This document shows positions 59,501 through 64,000 of a DNA stretch of 64,000 bases, in pieces. The DNA lies in assembly GCA_047284725.1 (NCBI GenBank), contig JBJBEO010000001.1, positions 2,168,203 to 2,232,202 of the forward strand, written 5' to 3'. The notes under the pieces are model-generated. The model was not told the origin of the DNA, searched no databases, and saw only the letters and a list, made by a program, of their open reading frames with translations. The translations under genes and the position numbers were made by a program. Within the stretch, counting starts at the first letter, position 1, and each line of letters starts with the position of its first letter. The stretch is from Synechococcus sp. (GTDB taxonomy: Bacteria; Cyanobacteriota; Cyanobacteriia; PCC-6307; Cyanobiaceae).

Positions 59501-61678
59501 ATGGTGGCCAGCGGAACTCCAGCCAGCGGCATGCGCAACTCGGCCGCTCAAGACCAGGCCAGCCGCGCCTTCCCCCTTGCTGCCATCACCGGTCATGGCA
59601 CGCTCAAGCTCGCCCTGCTGCTGGCGGCGGTGGATCCAGGCCTTGGCGGGGTGATCATCGCCGGCGGACGCGGCACAGGTAAATCAGTGCTGGCCCGCGG
59701 ATTGCACGCCCTGCTGCCTCCGATCGACGTACTCGACATCGACGGCACCGCCGGCCGCAATCTTGACCCCCAATGCCCTGAAGACTGGGACGACGTGGTC
59801 CGCCAACGCCTCTCCGCACTCGCAAGTGATGCCCCTGGAGAGGACCTGCAAGCGCAGCTGCCCACCAGGGTGTTGCCCGCCCCGTTCGTGCAGGTGCCAC
59901 TGGGCATCACCGAAGACCGCCTCGTGGGAGCGGTGGATGTGGCCGCCTCCCTCGCCAGCGGCAGTGCCGTGTTCCAACCGGGGTTGCTCGCCGAAGCCCA
60001 CCGTGGAGTGCTGTATGTGGACGAGCTCAACCTGCTCGACGACGGCATCATCAACCTGATGCTGGCAGCCGTGGGCAGTGGCGACAACCAGGTGGAACGT
60101 GAAGGCCTCAGCCTTTCGCATCCCTGCCGGCCCCTGCTGATCGCCACCTACAACCCTGAGGAGGGAGCCGTCCGCGATCACCTGCTCGATCGCTTCGCCA
60201 TCGCCCTCTCCGCCGACCAACTGGTCAGCACCGAACAACGGGTGGAGATCACCGAAGCGGTGCTCTCCCATGGCCAATGCAGTCGTAGCTTTGCTGACCA
60301 GTGGGGGGAAGAGACCGAAGCCCTTGCCACCCAACTGCTGCTGGCACGCCAATGGCTGCCGGATGTGCAGATCAGCGGTAAGCAGGTGGCCTACCTGGTG
60401 ACCGAGGCCGTCCGCGGCGGTGTGGAAGGGCATCGCTCCGAGCTGTACGCGGTGCGGGTTGCCAAGGCCCACGCCGCCCTCAGCGGCCGCGACCGCGTGG
60501 AGGCCGACGATCTCCAGGTGGCCGTGCGCCTGGTCATTGCTCCCCGAGCGTTGCAGTTGCCTCCCCAGGACGAGCAGATGGAGCCGCCGCCACCGCAGGA
60601 CCAAACCCCACCCCCGCCGCCGCCCTCCGGCGATGACAACCCTGACGATCAACCGCCACCACCGGAACCACCGGAGGGATCAGGGGATGACGCTGACGAC
60701 ACGCCGGACGACACCAGCGATCAAGACAACGACGACGGCAACAACGACGACGAGTCCCCTGAGGATCAGGCTCCTCCTTCCGTGCCGGAGGAGTTCATGC
60801 TTGATCCGGAAGCGGTGGCGATCGACCCCGACCTGCTGCTGTTCTCATCCGCCAAAGCCAAGAGCGGCAACAGCGGCAGCCGTTCGATGGTGCTGAGCGA
60901 CAGCCGCGGCCGATACGTGAAACCGATCCTGCCCCGTGGACCCGTGCGCCGCATCGCCGTCGACGCCACTCTGCGCGCCGCCGCGCCGTACCAGAAGGCT
61001 CGCCGAGCACGTCAACCGGGGAAAACGGTGATCGTGGAGGAATCGGATCTGCGCGCCAAGCTGCTGCAACGCCAGTCGGGTGCTCTGGTGATCTTTCTGG
61101 TGGACGCCAGCGGCTCCATGGCACTGAACCGGATGCAAAGCGCTAAAGGTGCCGTGATCCGATTGCTCACCGAGGCCTACGAAAACCGCGATGAGGTGGC
61201 GCTGATTCCCTTCCGTGGCGACCAGGCCGACGTCTTGCTACCCCCCACCCGCTCGATCACCGCCGCCCGGCGCCGACTGGAATCCATGCCCTGCGGTGGT
61301 GGTTCACCGCTGGCCCATGGCCTGACCCAGGCCGCTCGCGTGGGTGCCAATGCTCTCGCCACAGGCGATCTGAGCCAGGTGGTCGTGGTGGCCATCACCG
61401 ATGGTCGCGGCAACGTCCCCCTGAGCACATCGCTGGGACAGCCCGAACTGGAAGGTGAGGACAAGCCCGATCTCAAACAAGAGGTCCTGGATGTGGCCTC
61501 CCGCTACCGCTTGCTTGGCATCAAGCTGCTGGTGATCGACACCGAACGCAAATTCATCGGCAGTGGCATGGGCAAGGATCTCGCCGAAGCCGCTGGTGGG
61601 AAGTATGTCCAGCTGCCCAAGGCCAGCGACCAGGCCATTGCCGCCATTGCAATGGATGCGATCAACACAGTGACCTAA
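59501..61678 (+). CDS. chlD: Magnesium chelatase subunit D
   Basis: AAA+ [13 protein letters not shown], Pro/Asp-rich linker, vWA domain VDASGSM. Confidence 0.96.
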   Translation: MVASGTPASGMRNSAAQDQASRAFPLAAITGHGTLKLALLLAAVDPGLGGVIIAGGRGTGKSVLARGLHALLPPIDVLDIDGTAGRNLDPQCPEDWDDVVRQRLSALASDAPGEDLQAQLPTRVLPAPFVQVPLGITEDRLVGAVDVAASLASGSAVFQPGLLAEAHRGVLYVDELNLLDDGIINLMLAAVGSGDNQVEREGLSLSHPCRPLLIATYNPEEGAVRDHLLDRFAIALSADQLVSTEQRVEITEAVLSHGQCSRSFADQWGEETEALATQLLLARQWLPDVQISGKQVAYLVTEAVRGGVEGHRSELYAVRVAKAHAALSGRDRVEADDLQVAVRLVIAPRALQLPPQDEQMEPPPPQDQTPPPPPPSGDDNPDDQPPPPEPPEGSGDDADDTPDDTSDQDNDDGNNDDESPEDQAPPSVPEEFMLDPEAVAIDPDLLLFSSAKAKSGNSGSRSMVLSDSRGRYVKPILPRGPVRRIAVDATLRAAAPYQKARRARQPGKTVIVEESDLRAKLLQRQSGALVIFLVDASGSMALNRMQSAKGAVIRLLTEAYENRDEVALIPFRGDQADVLLPPTRSITAARRRLESMPCGGGSPLAHGLTQAARVGANALATGDLSQVVVVAITDGRGNVPLSTSLGQPELEGEDKPDLKQEVLDVASRYRLLGIKLLVIDTERKFIGSGMGKDLAEAAGGKYVQLPKASDQAIAAIAMDAINTVT

Positions 61679-61731
61679 ACGGCCATCAGAGTGCAATCCA
61701 CACCCACCGCCGCGCAGCCGGCTGAGCGGTC

Positions 61732-62628
61732 TCAGGGTTGGCTGGTCTGGGCGGGATACAACTCCTGGAACAACGCACCGAGGCCAATGGCCACATCACG
61801 CACCGCCTTCATGAAGGCGGGGTCATCGGTGAGCTGTTCAAGATCTCCACCCACGGCATCAAAGCGTTGGGTGAGCGAGCGGGCATTCGAAACGGTCTGC
61901 TTGAGATCATTCACCGTCTGGGGATTGTCGAGCGCACCGGACAGATTCTTGATATGGCGGGCTGCTTCGGCCGCCTCTGCTGTGGCAACGTTCAGGTTGG
62001 TGATCGTGGGCGTCGCCCGCTCCAGCTCATCTCCCAGCTGAGCCAACACCGTTCTGGCCTCCTTAGCGACAGCATCAAACTCCTTTGAGGAGTTCACCAG
62101 GCTTGACACCAACTTCAGCTCTTCTGCTTCTGTCAGCAGACGCTGCATCGTGGCAGTGACGGTATCCAGGCTGGCGGCTTCCTGGCCGCGGATCTTGGCA
62201 CCGGCGCAGAGCACTTTGGCCGGTGCACATCGATCGGACTTCGGCCCCGGGGTGGAGGCGCTGACCATGCCGGCATGACCGGCACTGACCAAATTCACCT
62301 GAGCGTCACCTCCCAGCAATGAACCGGTTCCCACCGCTGCCGTGACCGGCATCGGCAGGCGCAAGTCGTCTGCATTGATTTCCAGCACGGCCTGCACCGA
62401 GGCAGGCGTGACCGTAACCCTTTGCACCACACCAACCACGATGCCCCGATACGTGACGGGAGAACGCTCCGCCAACCCACTCGCGTCAGCAAATTCAGCC
62501 GTGACGGTCCAGGCCTCCGAGCCAAGTCGTACTCCGCGCAGCCACAGCATCGTGCCGGCGAATCCCACCAGAGCCCCCACGATGGAGAACCCGACAATCG
62601 CTTCTCTGACGCTGCGGCGCATGGCCAT
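61732..62628 (-). CDS. MlaD/MCE-family lipid transport protein (Ycf22/TGD2-like)
   Basis: N-terminal TM, FADASGL...SPVTYRGIVVG.V MCE motif, SLLG, helical C-terminus. Confidence 0.88.
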   Translation of the reverse strand: MAMRRSVREAIVGFSIVGALVGFAGTMLWLRGVRLGSEAWTVTAEFADASGLAERSPVTYRGIVVGVVQRVTVTPASVQAVLEINADDLRLPMPVTAAVGTGSLLGGDAQVNLVSAGHAGMVSASTPGPKSDRCAPAKVLCAGAKIRGQEAASLDTVTATMQRLLTEAEELKLVSSLVNSSKEFDAVAKEARTVLAQLGDELERATPTITNLNVATAEAAEAARHIKNLSGALDNPQTVNDLKQTVSNARSLTQRFDAVGGDLEQLTDDPAFMKAVRDVAIGLGALFQELYPAQTSQP

Positions 62629-63470
62629 CAATGATCGGTGGGTTGCATCGGTCCGTGCAGGTTACCGGCCCTGAACTGCTGGACATAAGGGTTGTCGGTG
62701 TTGCGGTACTCCTCGATCGAGCCATCCCACTGAAACCTGCCGCCATACAGCAACACCACCCTCTCAGCGGTGCGTTCAATCGTGCTGTGCACATGGCTCA
62801 CCACCACGGAACAACCCTGCGCCACGGTGGTGGTTTTGACAATCAGATCTTCGATGCGCGTGCAAGCCACCGGATCCAGACCCGCCGTGGGCTCGTCGTA
62901 GAGCATCAGGGGCATGGCTTCAGCCTCGCGATCGGGATCGTCAATCAAGGCGCGGGCAAAGCTGACACGCTTTTGCATGCCACCACTGAGTTGCCCCGGA
63001 TACTTATCCGCCACATCGTGGAGACCCACAGCCTCCAGGCAGGCCATCACCCGCTCACGGATCTGTCGAGGCCTGAGGCGGCCGAGACGCATCAACAGAA
63101 AGCCCACGTTTTCCTCAACGGTGAGCGATGCCAGAAGAGCCGGGTTCTGAAACACGAGCCGCACATCCTTGGGATGGCGCTGGTCGAGTCGCAAATAGGG
63201 CTGGGGCTCACCAAACAGCCGAAGCTCACCAGCACTTGGGAGCTGAAGACCAGCCAGCAAGCGCAGCACCGTGGACTTACCGGCTCCTGAGGGCCCGACC
63301 ACCGCCAGTCGCTGTCCAGGCTGCATCGTGAGACAGACGCGGTCGAGAACCGGCCTGGCACCCCACTGCATCGTGAGATGACGCATCTCCACCACCGGAG
63401 TGCGGAAGGACGGAGCCGATGGAGCCTTCAGGCTGTGCACACCAACACCACTGCTCTGATTGGTGTCCAT
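62628..63470 (-). CDS. MlaF/TGD3-like ABC ATP-binding protein
   Basis: GPSGAGKS, LSGGMQKRVSFARA, LYDEPTAGLDP, NPYVQQF..G..HGP; TGATG-coupled to the MlaD gene; start uncertain. Confidence 0.88.
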   Translation of the reverse strand: MDTNQSSGVGVHSLKAPSAPSFRTPVVEMRHLTMQWGARPVLDRVCLTMQPGQRLAVVGPSGAGKSTVLRLLAGLQLPSAGELRLFGEPQPYLRLDQRHPKDVRLVFQNPALLASLTVEENVGFLLMRLGRLRPRQIRERVMACLEAVGLHDVADKYPGQLSGGMQKRVSFARALIDDPDREAEAMPLMLYDEPTAGLDPVACTRIEDLIVKTTTVAQGCSVVVSHVHSTIERTAERVVLLYGGRFQWDGSIEEYRNTDNPYVQQFRAGNLHGPMQPTDH

Positions 63471-63618
63471 CCTGCATGGTTCAGCAACACGGTGCCGAAT
63501 CGGCCGACATGCATGCAGACAGGCGATCGAATCCGATCCACCCCCTTCTGGGTTGTCCTTGAATTGGCACCGGACTGCAGGGCTGGGATGACGGAGCATG
63601 CGCCAAAGCCCGGCTTTG

Positions 63619-63951
63619 TCATGCATCAAGCATCATTCCAACCGCAAGCAAAGCGACCGTAATCACAAAGGAAGCCGTTGCCAGCGAAGTTCCAATGAAA
63701 GCGCAGATTCGCTCCCTTTGCTTCTGGATAATTCCAGCAATTCCAAGCCCCATGGATACCAGATTGATCCCAATACAGGCAAAAAGAGACAGTCCCAGGA
63801 CGATCGCGGCAGCCGAATCCTCATCAACCCCACCAGGAGCACTCGCCTCCCAAACACCAGCAATCAAGAAGATAATAAATGTAATCAATATATTGAAGAT
63901 TGCGAGACTCAGGGATGCAATCCCAAGCCTCGACTGTCCGTTACGCTTCAT
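63619..63951 (-). CDS. Small 3-TM membrane protein, AT-richer than its neighbours
   Basis: MKRNGQSRLGIASLSLAIF...LGIAGIIQKQRERICAFIG; three hydrophobic segments. Confidence 0.65.
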   Translation of the reverse strand: MKRNGQSRLGIASLSLAIFNILITFIIFLIAGVWEASAPGGVDEDSAAAIVLGLSLFACIGINLVSMGLGIAGIIQKQRERICAFIGTSLATASFVITVALLAVGMMLDA

Positions 63952-64000
63952 TGCCAAGCAAGAGACTTCACAGAAAATTCTACCAAGCAAAATTTTCTGA

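Noticed and set aside
60560..60790. Pro/Asp-rich low-complexity repeats (ccg/gac runs)
   Set aside because: Normal ChlD linker between the AAA+ and vWA domains.

Overview
GC-rich, densely coding window from a marine Synechococcus-type picocyanobacterial chromosome (inferred from gene content: psbH/psbN/psbI/psbK, ntcA, amt1, chlD, hik2-like kinase, cyanobacterial DUFs). It is mostly core genome, with about 58 protein genes for nucleotide, amino-acid, cofactor, envelope and photosystem II functions and two tRNAs (Arg-ACG and a CAU tRNA that is probably Ile2). No integrase, transposase, prophage or CRISPR array is visible. A few apparent single-gene insertions occur (DUF805 gene, an orphan ABC exporter, an AT-richer membrane gene at the right edge). 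The most notable observations are: (1) an LptD-like DUF3769 protein with a Cys-bracketed, PagL-like beta-barrel inserted in its periplasmic region; (2) a split, inverted-order short photolyase with four Fe-S-type cysteines close to a full-length photolyase; (3) a P-loop-degenerate CobO-like gene translationally coupled to dcd behind an NrdR-box-like palindrome, next to thyX; (4) a long structured leader ending in a terminator/RBS hairpin upstream of the DUF3155 gene; (5) recurrent NtcA-like GTATC-N6-CAC boxes at amt1, hik2 and DUF805; (6) a tRNA embedded between two co-oriented ORFs. All family assignments come from motif recognition by eye; no database search was run.
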